Of a stretch of 42,141 nucleotides of DNA, positions 17,153-25,982 are shown in pieces. Positions within the stretch are counted from its first letter, which is position 1, and every line of letters starts with the position of its first letter. Made by a program: the position numbers and the translations under genes. The notes under the pieces were generated by a model that saw only the letters and a program-made list of their open reading frames with translations, was not told the origin of the DNA and ran no database searches. The DNA comes from Patescibacteria group bacterium (lineage in GTDB: Bacteria; Patescibacteriota; Minisyncoccia; UBA6257; UBA9933), in contig JBBTWF010000005.1 of assembly GCA_038062875.1 (NCBI GenBank), forward strand, positions 1 to 42,141, read 5' to 3'.

Positions 17153-19660
17153 ATGCTCAAAAATTTAAATAAAATTGGCAAAATAGAAAAAAGGGAAATC
17201 ACTGCTGAGTTGCAGGAATCTTATCTTGATTACGCGATGTCTGTAATTATTTCCCGCGCCCTGCCGGATGTCCGAGACGGATTAAAACCGGTCCATCGCC
17301 GAATTTTGTGGGCCGCTTGGGAAGAAGGGCTGACGCATAACGCGAAATTCAGGAAGTCGGCGAACATAGTCGGTCAGGTTATGGCGCGTTATCATCCGCA
17401 CGGCGACTCCGCAATTTATGATTCTTTGGCAAGAATGGCCCAGGACTTTTCATTAAGATATCCGTTAATTCAAGGTCAAGGCAATTGGGGTTCCATTGAC
17501 GGAGACGCTCCCGCGGCAATGCGATATACGGAAGCGCGCCTTGCAAAAATATCCGACGAATTATTAACCGACGTTGAAAAAGAAACAGTTGATTGGAATC
17601 CGAATTATGACGGAAGCCATCGCGAACCGAAAGTTCTGCCGGCAAAACTCCCTAATCTTTTAATAAACGGCTCAATGGGCATCGCTGTAGGAATGGCAAC
17701 CAATATACCGCCAAATAATCTCTCCGAAGTTATTGACGCCACACTCCATTTAATAGACCACCCCAAATCTTTGACAGAAGATTTGATGACTTTTATCCAA
17801 GGCCCTGATTTTCCGACAGGCGGGATTATTTACGACAAAAAAGCGATTACCGAAGCGTACGCTTCTGGCAAAGGAGCGATTACCGCGAGAGCGAAAACGG
17901 AAATTATTGAAAAAAAGAGCGGTTATTTCAGCATTATTATCACGGAAATCCCCTATCAAGTTAATAAATCTGAATTAATAATAAAAATCGCCGAACTGGT
18001 GCAAGATAAAAAAATAGAAGGTATCCGCGATGTCCGCGACGAAAGCGGAAGGGAAGGATTAAGAATAGTCATTGAATTGAAAAACGACGCTTCTCCGCAA
18101 AAAATACTTAACCAACTTTTCAATCACACCGACCTTCAAAAAAATTTTAATATGAATATGCTCGCGCTGGGTCATGGAATCCAACCGCAAACAATGTCGG
18201 TAAAAGACGTTTTAGAAGCGTATGTTGAGCATCGCCAAGAAGTTGTTCGACGACGTACCGCGTTTGAACTCGCCAAAGCGAAAGAACGCGCCCATATTCT
18301 TGAAGGATTGGCAAAAGCGCTTTCCGCAATAGATAAAATCATCGCTGTCATAAAAAAATCAAAAGATACCGAGGAAGCGCATAAGAAATTAATGGAAAAT
18401 TTCAAACTCACAGGTATTCAGGCGACCGCGATTCTTGAAATGAAATTGAGGGCATTGGCGGCGCTGGAAAGACAAAAGATAGAAGACGAATTAAAAGAGA
18501 AAAAGAAATTAATAGCCGAATTGGAAGCGATTCTAAAAAGCGGACAAAAGATACTGAATATCATCAAAGAAGAATTAATAAAATTAAAAGAAAAACACGG
18601 CGATGAAAGAAAAACAAAAGTGGTTGCTGGCGGTCTCAAAGAATTTAAAGAAGAAGACCTTGTTCCGCAGGAAGAATCCATAATCACTCTTTCCAAGAGC
18701 GGTTATATTAAACGAGTAAATCCTACCATTTTTAAATCGCAGAAACGCGGAGGCACGGGATTAATCGGCTCTGAAGTCGGCGAAGAGGATTTTCTTTCTC
18801 ATTTTATTTCCGCCAACACACATAACAATATCTTATTTTTCACAGACCACGGAAAAGTTTTTCAAACCAAAGTTCATGAAATTCCCGTTGGCTCCAGAAT
18901 CGCCAAAGGTAAATTAATTCAAAATTTCTTAGACGTTCCTCCCGGCGAAACAATCAGCGCAATTGTTAATTATCCAATCGGCAATCAGCAATCAGCAATT
19001 AATAATCAATTCTTAGTAATGGCTACCAAAAAGGGCGTGATTAAAAAAACGCCTGTTGAAGAATTCCTAAATGTTAGAAGAAGCGGCATCATCGCTATCA
19101 ATCTTGAGAAAGCCCCGACGCCGAAGGGTCGGGGTTCCGACCGAAGCGTCGGAAACGACAGATTGAAATGGGTGAAACTTTCATCGGGAAAAGACGAGAT
19201 AATTTTGGCGACTAAATTAGGACAAGCGATAAGATTCAAAGAATCTCAATTACGGTCAATGGGCAGAACAGCTGCTGGCGTAAAAGCCATTAAATTGAAA
19301 AATAATGACTTTGTGGCAGGACTTGATATAATTAAAAAAGAGGAAAGGGAAAAGAGGAAAGAGGAAAGATTATTAGTTGTGACTGAAAACGGATTTGCCA
19401 AACAGACGGAGCTCAAAGAATACAAAATCCAGAGCCGCGGCGGTTCGGGAATCAAAACCTCTAAAATCAACGCCAAGACCGGATTGATTGTAGCTAGCCG
19501 AATTATTACCAATGAAGAAGAAATTTTGGCTCTTTCGGCAAAAGGGCAGATTATCAGAACTAAAATTTCCGACATCAGAACCGCTGGACGAGCCACTTCC
19601 GGAGTAAGAATTATGAAACTCAAACAAGGAGACAAAGTTATAGGAGTAGTGTGTTTATAA
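17153..19660 (+). CDS. gyrA: DNA gyrase subunit A
   Basis: The active-site region [10 protein letters not shown], the QRDR-like [10 protein letters not shown] motif and a C-terminal beta-pinwheel are present, along with in-frame low-complexity insertions. Confidence 0.96.
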   Translation: MLKNLNKIGKIEKREITAELQESYLDYAMSVIISRALPDVRDGLKPVHRRILWAAWEEGLTHNAKFRKSANIVGQVMARYHPHGDSAIYDSLARMAQDFSLRYPLIQGQGNWGSIDGDAPAAMRYTEARLAKISDELLTDVEKETVDWNPNYDGSHREPKVLPAKLPNLLINGSMGIAVGMATNIPPNNLSEVIDATLHLIDHPKSLTEDLMTFIQGPDFPTGGIIYDKKAITEAYASGKGAITARAKTEIIEKKSGYFSIIITEIPYQVNKSELIIKIAELVQDKKIEGIRDVRDESGREGLRIVIELKNDASPQKILNQLFNHTDLQKNFNMNMLALGHGIQPQTMSVKDVLEAYVEHRQEVVRRRTAFELAKAKERAHILEGLAKALSAIDKIIAVIKKSKDTEEAHKKLMENFKLTGIQATAILEMKLRALAALERQKIEDELKEKKKLIAELEAILKSGQKILNIIKEELIKLKEKHGDERKTKVVAGGLKEFKEEDLVPQEESIITLSKSGYIKRVNPTIFKSQKRGGTGLIGSEVGEEDFLSHFISANTHNNILFFTDHGKVFQTKVHEIPVGSRIAKGKLIQNFLDVPPGETISAIVNYPIGNQQSAINNQFLVMATKKGVIKKTPVEEFLNVRRSGIIAINLEKAPTPKGRGSDRSVGNDRLKWVKLSSGKDEIILATKLGQAIRFKESQLRSMGRTAAGVKAIKLKNNDFVAGLDIIKKEEREKRKEERLLVVTENGFAKQTELKEYKIQSRGGSGIKTSKINAKTGLIVASRIITNEEEILALSAKGQIIRTKISDIRTAGRATSGVRIMKLKQGDKVIGVVCL

Positions 19661-19662
19661 AA

Positions 19663-20949
19663 ATGAATCTCACTCGCAACCAAATAATTATAATTTCCAT
19701 AACCATAGCGATAATTCTGCTCGCGGTATTGATGTTTATTTTTTTCCGGCAAAGCGGTGGAGGAGGCGGCTTTGGAGACGGAAACAAACAAATTGAATTA
19801 AATTTCTGGGGAATTGAGGACTCTAAAAATTTCCAGCCCGTTATTGACGCTTACGCGCAATCTCGACCGGAAATCAGAATCAATTATCGCCAAATTGACG
19901 CCAATTCCTACGAAGACAATTTAATCAATGCCTTAGCAGCGGGTCGAGGACCTGATATTTTGATGCTTCATAATACTTGGTTGCCAAAACATAGCGATAA
20001 AATTATAGCCGCGACTGAGTCGCAAATTCCTTTTTCAAATTTCCTCCAATTCTTCCCGACTGTGGCTGAACAGGATTTAACTTCCAACGGTATTATTTAC
20101 GGCCTGCCTCTTTATATCGACACTTTGGCGCTTCTGTATAATAAAGACGCTTTTGACGCCAAGGCCGTCGCCTTGCCGCCGACTCAATGGTCAGGATTCC
20201 AAAATCTAATACCTCGACTGCGAATAAAAAATCAACTTAATCAAATTACTCACGCGGCCGCGGCAATCGGCGGTTCGGAAAAAAGCGAAAATCAAGCCGC
20301 TGATTTATTTTCTCTTTTAATGCTCCAGTTCGGCAGCCCAATGATTAACCAACAATACTCCCAGGCGGATTTCGGCGCTCAAGGAATTGAAGCGTTGAAT
20401 TTTTATCTTCAGTTCTCCAATCCTTCCGGACCTTTTTACACTTGGAACGATAATCTTCCATATTCCATTGACGCTTTCAGCCAAGGCGCGGCTGATATGA
20501 TTTTTAATTACGCCGAGGCAATTCCTCAAATCAAAGCCAAAAATCCGTTCCTTAATATAGGCGTAGCGCCAATGCTTCAATTTAATTCTTCCCAGCCAAT
20601 AAACTACGCTAATTATTGGGGATTAGCGGTTTCCAACAAAAGCCAAAACTCGGCTTGGGCGTGGGATTTTGTATTATTCGCCACAACTAATCCGGAAAAT
20701 TCTTTGAAATATTTAGAAAATTCCCTTCATCCACCGGCGCTTCGAACGCTCATCAACCAGTATCTCACATATCCTGATTTAGGCATCTTCGCCAAGCAAG
20801 CACTTACCGCCCGCTCTTGGTATCAACCGGACAGTAAAACAATTAAACAAATTTTTTCCAATATGATAGAATCTGTATTGAACGGACGATTAAGTTCGGA
20901 CAAAGCGCTGGAGCAGGCGGAGAATGAGATAACGTCCTTAATGAGATAA
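19663..20949 (+). CDS. Extracellular solute-binding protein (ABC transporter SBP, family-1/MalE-like) with an N-terminal TM anchor and Gly-rich linker
   Basis: An N-terminal TM helix and GGGGG linker are followed by NFWG, PVIDAY and GRGPDI, which are typical of sugar-type SBPs. No permease or ATPase genes are adjacent. Confidence 0.65.
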   Translation: MNLTRNQIIIISITIAIILLAVLMFIFFRQSGGGGGFGDGNKQIELNFWGIEDSKNFQPVIDAYAQSRPEIRINYRQIDANSYEDNLINALAAGRGPDILMLHNTWLPKHSDKIIAATESQIPFSNFLQFFPTVAEQDLTSNGIIYGLPLYIDTLALLYNKDAFDAKAVALPPTQWSGFQNLIPRLRIKNQLNQITHAAAAIGGSEKSENQAADLFSLLMLQFGSPMINQQYSQADFGAQGIEALNFYLQFSNPSGPFYTWNDNLPYSIDAFSQGAADMIFNYAEAIPQIKAKNPFLNIGVAPMLQFNSSQPINYANYWGLAVSNKSQNSAWAWDFVLFATTNPENSLKYLENSLHPPALRTLINQYLTYPDLGIFAKQALTARSWYQPDSKTIKQIFSNMIESVLNGRLSSDKALEQAENEITSLMR

Positions 20950-20950
20950 A

Positions 20951-21376
20951 ATGACAAGTTATAATTTAAAATTCAAAATTTTTACATTTTACATTGTCAT
21001 TTTGATTTTTACATTTTTAATTTTTAATTTTGCGCCTATGGCGCAAGCCGCCGGTCTTGTTCCATGCGGCGGCGTCGGCCAAAATCCCTGCACCTGGTGT
21101 GATTTTGGCGTAATGGCCAATAATATTTTTAATTTCACCGTTTATAGTATTATTATTCCAATTGCCGTGGCTGTTGTAATCTGGGGCGGGTTTGTGATAA
21201 TGACTGCCGGCGGTTCGCCGGAAAAAGTAAAAAGCGGAAGAGACATTATTAAATCAGCGATAATCGGAATTATTATTACTTTAGCCGCCTGGCTGATTAT
21301 AGATACAATCATCAAAATTGCGGCTACCGGCTGGTCCAGCCTGAAAATCGGCCCCTGGAATCAAATTGGTTGTTGA
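20951..21376 (+). CDS. Small secreted two-helix protein, paralog 1 of 4 (signal peptide AQA|AG, Cys-rich segment, TM, loop MTAGGSPEKVKSGR, TM); VirB2/TrbC-pilin-like topology
   Basis: It shares the motif (M/L)TAGGxPEKVK with the next three genes, and the hydrophobic-loop-hydrophobic architecture follows a signal peptide. Confidence 0.55.
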   Translation: MTSYNLKFKIFTFYIVILIFTFLIFNFAPMAQAAGLVPCGGVGQNPCTWCDFGVMANNIFNFTVYSIIIPIAVAVVIWGGFVIMTAGGSPEKVKSGRDIIKSAIIGIIITLAAWLIIDTIIKIAATGWSSLKIGPWNQIGC

Positions 21377-21404
21377 TAAAATATTTTTTTGATATAATAA
21401 AAAA

Positions 21405-21800
21405 ATGAAATCCCGACAAAAAAAATCAACCAATAAAATTTTAACTGGCGTATTTTGTGTTAGTTTAGTGATGGTTTTAAGTTTATCTTTCAGTAATGAA
21501 GTTTTAGCAGATACTGGCGGCGGTACTGGCAGTGTTCAACTTCAAAACCCCCTTTGCGGTGGCTCTCCGAACTGCACTTTCGCCAATATTCTTAAAACTA
21601 TTTCCAATTATTTGGTGACGCTTAGCGGAATTATAGTGGTGATCATGATTCTAATCGGCGCTTTCCAAATTATGACCGCCGGCGGGGACCCGGAAAAAGT
21701 CAAAACTGGCCGGCACACGATTTTATGGTCCGCCGTAGGATTTGCCATCGTCTTGTCCGCTTACGGAATTGTTGCTATAGTGGAGGAACTACTAAAATAA
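21405..21800 (+). CDS. Small secreted two-helix protein, paralog 2 (MTAGGDPEKVKTGR loop)
   Basis: It has a signal peptide, a Cys pair (PLCGGSPNC) and the same core as paralog 1. Confidence 0.55.
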   Translation: MKSRQKKSTNKILTGVFCVSLVMVLSLSFSNEVLADTGGGTGSVQLQNPLCGGSPNCTFANILKTISNYLVTLSGIIVVIMILIGAFQIMTAGGDPEKVKTGRHTILWSAVGFAIVLSAYGIVAIVEELLK

Positions 21801-21820
21801 TTTTCAATTTTCAAAGCATT

Positions 21821-22147
21821 ATGAATAAATTAACAAAAACCGCATCATTTTTAATTCTATCTGGTTTAATAACCTTGCTTATTGTGCCGATAATTTCTTA
21901 CGCGGCGGTTGAATCAATGAACGATGTTATTAGGGTGCTTAATAATATTGTTAGTTGGACTTATATTATTTTCTTTATTGTGGCCACTTTTTTCATATTG
22001 ATAGCGGCTTTTAATTTTTTAACAGCAAGAGAAAATCCTGAAAAAATTAAAACCGCTAAAGACCAATTACTTTACGCGGCTATCGCTATCGCTATCGCAT
22101 TAATGTCATCGGGAATTAAAGCGATAGTATTGGACATTTTAAGTTAA
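21821..22147 (+). CDS. Small secreted two-helix protein, paralog 3 (LTARENPEKIKTAKDQ loop)
   Basis: The ATG at 21821 (MNKLTKT...) is the preferred start. The longer track ORF overlaps gene 2. The family core is conserved and there are no Cys residues. Confidence 0.55.
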   Translation: MNKLTKTASFLILSGLITLLIVPIISYAAVESMNDVIRVLNNIVSWTYIIFFIVATFFILIAAFNFLTARENPEKIKTAKDQLLYAAIAIAIALMSSGIKAIVLDILS

Positions 22148-22212
22148 GATATTAAAATAATTAATATGATCATTTCCAAAGGTCGAAAGGATTAAATCAA
22201 GTGTTATATTTT

Positions 22213-22572
22213 ATGCAAAAATTAAAAACAAAAATTTCCGTTGGAGTTATGGCCGGTTTATCAACTTTATTAGGAAGCGCTTTGCTTGTTGTTGCGGGTC
22301 CGCCTCCAATCCCCAGTTCTCCGGTCACTTCAGTTACCGGCATTGTTGATGTAATAGACAATGTAGTCAGATGGGTTTATATTATTTTCTTTATTTTGGC
22401 TGTTCTTTTCATTATTTTCGCGGCATTCACTTATTTGACTGCCGGAGGCGATGAAGAAAAAGTCAAAAAAGCCAAAGACCAGATAATTTACGCGGCAGTC
22501 GCGATTGTTGTCGCTCTATTGGCGGTTGGATTTCAAACAATCATCGGAAACTTCTTAACAAGCGGTGGCTGA
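22213..22572 (+). CDS. Small secreted two-helix protein, paralog 4 (LTAGGDEEKVKKAKDQ loop)
   Basis: The ATG at 22213 is preferred over the GTG at 22201. It is the closest paralog of gene 3 (VRWVYIIFFILA...). Confidence 0.55.
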   Translation: MQKLKTKISVGVMAGLSTLLGSALLVVAGPPPIPSSPVTSVTGIVDVIDNVVRWVYIIFFILAVLFIIFAAFTYLTAGGDEEKVKKAKDQIIYAAVAIVVALLAVGFQTIIGNFLTSGG

Positions 22573-22641
22573 TAATTAATCATTAAATTCGCAGCCATTC
22601 GGATTAATTCGGATGGTGTGTGGCAAATTTTTAGAAAAAAA

Positions 22642-22696
22642 GACCGAGCACATAAAGTTTGTAAACTTATGTGCTCGGTTTGTGTTTTTATTTTTC
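22642..22696. terminator. Bidirectional intrinsic terminator (gaccgagcacataa ... ttatgtgctcggt + T tract)
   Basis: A 14-bp stem lies between the convergent genes at 22572 and 22696. Confidence 0.75.
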
Positions 22697-23211
22697 TACG
22701 CCTTTATTTTTGGGCGAAGAAAAATTATTACTTTCACCTCCTTATCTTCCATAGATTTTATTCTGAAATTGCTTAGAGTAATTTCATCTCCTAACCAGTT
22801 CGGCTTTCCAGGCTCGTCTTCTATTTCCTGACCATCCCAGAATTTATACCTTACTTTTCCTTCTGGTCTAATTCTAAACCAATGATACGGCGGTATAGAA
22901 AAATTTTCCGACCATTGATTTGGCTGGACAATTATTTCTTGCCACCGTATTTCCGCCGCCAGCGATGGCTGGGAAGGCGATATACTACTGAAATATTTGT
23001 ACCCGCCATATCCAGCGATAGCCAGGATAAGAATAGATATAACCCAGCCAAAACTAATTTTTTTTCTTTCTTTCTTTACTTCTTTCACTTCCTGAGGTTG
23101 AGATTGTACACCCGGTACTCCAGGTACCCCCGTTTTATCCCTTGCGCGGGTTATTCTAAAAAACAGAAATGTCGCCAAAGCGAGAAAAAAGATAATCAAT
23201 TCTATCCTCAT
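22696..23211 (-). CDS. Two-TM membrane protein with a beta-rich C-terminal domain, translationally coupled to the SPFH gene (possible NfeD-like partner)
   Basis: It overlaps the SPFH gene by 4 nt and has TM helices at the N-terminus and after a VPGVPGV linker. The NfeD assignment is speculative. Confidence 0.4.
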   Translation of the reverse strand: MRIELIIFFLALATFLFFRITRARDKTGVPGVPGVQSQPQEVKEVKKERKKISFGWVISILILAIAGYGGYKYFSSISPSQPSLAAEIRWQEIIVQPNQWSENFSIPPYHWFRIRPEGKVRYKFWDGQEIEDEPGKPNWLGDEITLSNFRIKSMEDKEVKVIIFLRPKIKA

Positions 23212-24452
23212 TTTTTCTCCTCCTTCTTAAAAACTTCTCCAACAGCGGAAGCAACGGCCACTAAGTCAGAAAAACCCGCAGAACCGGCAACAATTGTTTT
23301 TTGCCCTGGGTTCTCCGTGATCGCCCTGGCTGTTTCAGCGCCCAATACCGCCGCGCCGGAAACTCCAAGTTCATTCGCCATTCTCTTGAACCCATCAGTT
23401 CTACCATCAAGAATAGCTTTTTCTTTGGCCCCCTTTCCTTCTCCTTCAAGCGTATCTTTTCGTTTCTGAGCTTCAGCAACGGTAATAGTTGCCTGCTTTT
23501 TCGCTCGCTCTTTAGCCGGTTCTTGAAGAGCCTCATTAAGCTTGTGGCTATAGATAAAGGGTCGTAAGAGCACTGTTACAATATCTATGCCACGATCGCT
23601 CTTTTTATCGCTTTCTATTCTTTCAATTCTTTCGACTATCTCGTCTTTAATGAGCTCACTAAACGTTCCGAGATTGTGTTGCGCTACCGCAGGAGTGATT
23701 TTCGAAAACTCCCGGTTAAGCATCGCTACCGCGATGTCTTGTATCTGATCAATTGCTTTCTCTATCGAGCCGAATATTCTCAAAAACTCACTGAGACTTC
23801 TGATTCTTAACCGAACTACAAGAGGAGTTTCCGCAGTCATACGGATATTTAACGGATCATCCTTAATTTCTTCGTTTGCTATAAGCTCATTCAGTGTGTC
23901 GTAGAGTTTTTTAGTCTTTTCAGCTTTAGGATCGTTGATTTTGGCATCAAGATCTTTTGTGCTTAGTTTAATCCCCGGCCACCCAAATTGAACTCTGATT
24001 GGAGGTTTGTATCCGAGCGCCAGAAGATCTTTTGGCACAACTTCTTCTTCTCCTAGCTTAGCCCTGAATATTAGTTCGGGTCGGGCTGGAAGTTCAATCT
24101 CAATAATATTTCTTGTATTCTTTACCAACTGGCATACAAGGAACGGAACGAACTTCAATCCTGAACCCACGTCGCGTATAGGCTTACCAAAGAAAAGTAT
24201 TGCCCCAAGTTCTGTTGGCCCAACCGTGCGAAAACTAATCAACACATAAAATAATTGAGCCAAAAACGTTGCTAACCCCCAATTCCATTTCAGCTGTATG
24301 CCGAAAAGATTTATTGTTATTGAGTAGTTTGATAGCCAAGAATACTCAATAACAAAAAGAACGATAGAAATTGAAACCACCCACTTCCAAAAATTTCGGG
24401 GTGTTTTTTTCTCTCTTTTTTGCTCTTTTTCTTCCGCTTCTGCTGTACTCAT
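23208..24452 (-). CDS. SPFH/band-7 (stomatin/flotillin/HflKC-like) domain membrane protein
   Basis: An N-terminal TM helix is followed by an SPFH-like core and a coiled-coil Ala/Glu/Lys-rich region (ITVAEAQKRKDTLEGEGKGAKEKAILDGRTDGFKRMANELG). Confidence 0.7.
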   Translation of the reverse strand: MSTAEAEEKEQKREKKTPRNFWKWVVSISIVLFVIEYSWLSNYSITINLFGIQLKWNWGLATFLAQLFYVLISFRTVGPTELGAILFFGKPIRDVGSGLKFVPFLVCQLVKNTRNIIEIELPARPELIFRAKLGEEEVVPKDLLALGYKPPIRVQFGWPGIKLSTKDLDAKINDPKAEKTKKLYDTLNELIANEEIKDDPLNIRMTAETPLVVRLRIRSLSEFLRIFGSIEKAIDQIQDIAVAMLNREFSKITPAVAQHNLGTFSELIKDEIVERIERIESDKKSDRGIDIVTVLLRPFIYSHKLNEALQEPAKERAKKQATITVAEAQKRKDTLEGEGKGAKEKAILDGRTDGFKRMANELGVSGAAVLGAETARAITENPGQKTIVAGSAGFSDLVAVASAVGEVFKKEEKK

Positions 24453-24552
24453 TTTTCCTCCTTCCGGCCATTCGACCGATTCTGATTGTTTTTATTTTCT
24501 AATCCCTATAAAATTATCAAAGGACTGCTTCATAGAACGCCAAAGGCATCTA

Positions 24553-24581
24553 TTGAAGTTATCGTAAATATAGCATAAAAT
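24553..24581 (+). promoter_or_regulatory. Promoter for tRNA-Leu (TTGAAG -N17- TAAAAT)
   Basis: Read directly, about 20 nt upstream of the tRNA 5' end. Confidence 0.45.
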
Positions 24582-24601
24582 AGTAAAGATGTCAATGTGT
24601 T

Positions 24602-24684
24602 GCTCCCGTGGCGGAACTGGCATACGCGCATGGTTTAGAACCATGTCCCGTAAGGGTTAGAGGTTCAAATCCTCTCGGGAGCAC
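24602..24684 (+). tRNA. tRNA-Leu (anticodon TAG), with a long variable arm
   Basis: Manual fold: acceptor GCTCCCG/CGGGAGC, anticodon stem CATGG/CCATG, loop TTTAGAA, variable arm CCCGTAAGGG, T arm AGAGG-TTCAAAT-CCTCT. Confidence 0.85.
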
Positions 24685-24690
24685 AAAAAA

Positions 24691-25626
24691 TCATTTTCTT
24701 CTTCTGGCGTGAAAGGCGTGGTGGACTTCGCGAAGCCCCTTATTGGTAAGATGGGTATAAATTTGAGTGGTGGAAACATTGGCATGACCCAAAAGTTCTT
24801 GGACTGAACGGAGATCGGCTCCGCCGACCAAAAGATCTGTTGCGAATTGATGACGGAGCTGGTGCGGAGTAATTTTATCGGTAATGCCAGCTTTGCGAGC
24901 GTAAAAATTAACCAGTCGCTGGATTGTCCGTGGAATAATCCGACCGATTATTTTTGGCGAGCTTTTTCCGCCTGAGGCGGATCCGCCTTTGGCGGAAGAC
25001 AAACTTACAAAAAGCGCTTCGTCAGTGTCGGTTCTTTTTTCTAAATAATTTTTAATCGCTTTTTTGGCTCGTTCGGAAAGAAAAACCAGCCGCAATTTGT
25101 CTCCTTTCCCACGCACCGAAATTTCACCGCGTTCTAAATCAAGATAACGATTAAGCCCACAAAGTTCGGAAATTCGCAAACCAGTTGAAAAAAATGTTTC
25201 TAAAATCGCTTTGTCGCGCAAAGCGCGCAAATTATTACCGGCAGGCGCCTCAAATAATCTTTCTAAGTCCTTGTATTCAATAATCTCAATCTGCCGCGTA
25301 GATGTTTTCGGAAGTTCAATTTTATCCGGAGATAAAACATTATAATCCTGCTTAATTAAATATTTTAGAAAATTCCGCAAAGCAATCACGTAATACGACT
25401 GGGTAGTTTTTTTTAGAATTCCTCCGTCCGAGATTTTGGTTCGCGCTAAACGCAACCGAAAATCCCTAATTTTATCCATAGTAATGTCTTTTTCGGTTCT
25501 AATTTCGGCAAAATCAATAAAAACCCTAAGATACCGCTCGTAATTCTCGCTTGTTTTCGGGGAACGATTTTTTTCAATCTCTAAATAATCAAGATAATTT
25601 TTGAGAAGATTTTTAATGTCTGGCAT
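24691..25626 (-). CDS. xerC: Tyrosine recombinase, XerC/XerD family, with an in-frame Gly/Ser-rich repeat insertion
   Basis: The catalytic motifs RGKGDKLR, HQLRHQFAT and LGHANVSTTQIYTHL are present. The SSAKGGSASGGKSS segment is encoded by repeat B (24963..24993). Confidence 0.85.
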   Translation of the reverse strand: MPDIKNLLKNYLDYLEIEKNRSPKTSENYERYLRVFIDFAEIRTEKDITMDKIRDFRLRLARTKISDGGILKKTTQSYYVIALRNFLKYLIKQDYNVLSPDKIELPKTSTRQIEIIEYKDLERLFEAPAGNNLRALRDKAILETFFSTGLRISELCGLNRYLDLERGEISVRGKGDKLRLVFLSERAKKAIKNYLEKRTDTDEALFVSLSSAKGGSASGGKSSPKIIGRIIPRTIQRLVNFYARKAGITDKITPHQLRHQFATDLLVGGADLRSVQELLGHANVSTTQIYTHLTNKGLREVHHAFHARRRK

Positions 25627-25675
25627 TAAGTTAATTATAACCCTTTTTAGAACTGTCGCAAAATCTCTTCAACTA

Positions 25676-25704
25676 TTGATTTTTATTTTAGGATAATATA
25701 ATAT
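25676..25704 (+). promoter_or_regulatory. Promoter for rpsO (TTGATT -N15/17- TATAAT/TAATAT)
   Basis: Read directly. It lies 7-9 nt upstream of the ATG region. Confidence 0.45.
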
Positions 25705-25710
25705 ATTAAA

Positions 25711-25977
25711 ATGTTAACTCCTCGCAAAAAACAAAACCTTATAAAAGAATACAAACTCCATGAAACCGACACCGGCTCAGCTGAAGTTCAAACCGCGCTT
25801 CTGACAAAATCCATCACTGAACTTACCGGCCACTTAAAAACCCATCCTAAAGACAATCATTCGCGACGCGGACTTTTAAAAATGGTTGGGAAAAGAAGAC
25901 GGCTTTTGGATTATCTGAGTAAAAATAATAAAAAAAGCTATACCGCTTTAGTGAGAAAATTGGGGTTGAAAAAATAA
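25711..25977 (+). CDS. rpsO: 30S ribosomal protein S15
   Basis: It is 88 aa and contains [11 protein letters not shown]...L.HLK.H.KD.HSRRGLL.MVG.RR.LL.YL. Confidence 0.95.
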   Translation: MLTPRKKQNLIKEYKLHETDTGSAEVQTALLTKSITELTGHLKTHPKDNHSRRGLLKMVGKRRRLLDYLSKNNKKSYTALVRKLGLKK

Positions 25978-25982
25978 TAAAT

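Noticed and set aside
16939-17202. 87-aa minus-strand ORF upstream of gyrA
   Set aside because: It is entirely contained in the palindromic element at 17010..17125 plus the gyrA promoter region, and its low-complexity GC-hairpin-derived sequence (GSRLAALTGRY) looks like an artefact.
21725-21820. N-terminal 32 codons of track ORF 21725..22147 (MVRRRICHRLVRLRNCCY...)
   Set aside because: This part overlaps the 3' end of the previous pilin-like gene in another frame. The true start is the ATG at 21821, giving a signal peptide like those of its paralogs.
24602-25626. tRNA-Leu plus adjacent tyrosine recombinase interpreted as the edge of an integrated island
   Set aside because: The recombinase has the full XerC/XerD catalytic signature and C-terminal HxxR...Y spacing, with no phage-integrase-specific N-terminal domain, and the genes beyond it (rpsO, pnp) are core. 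It is more likely the chromosomal Xer. The possibility is kept only as a low-interest note.
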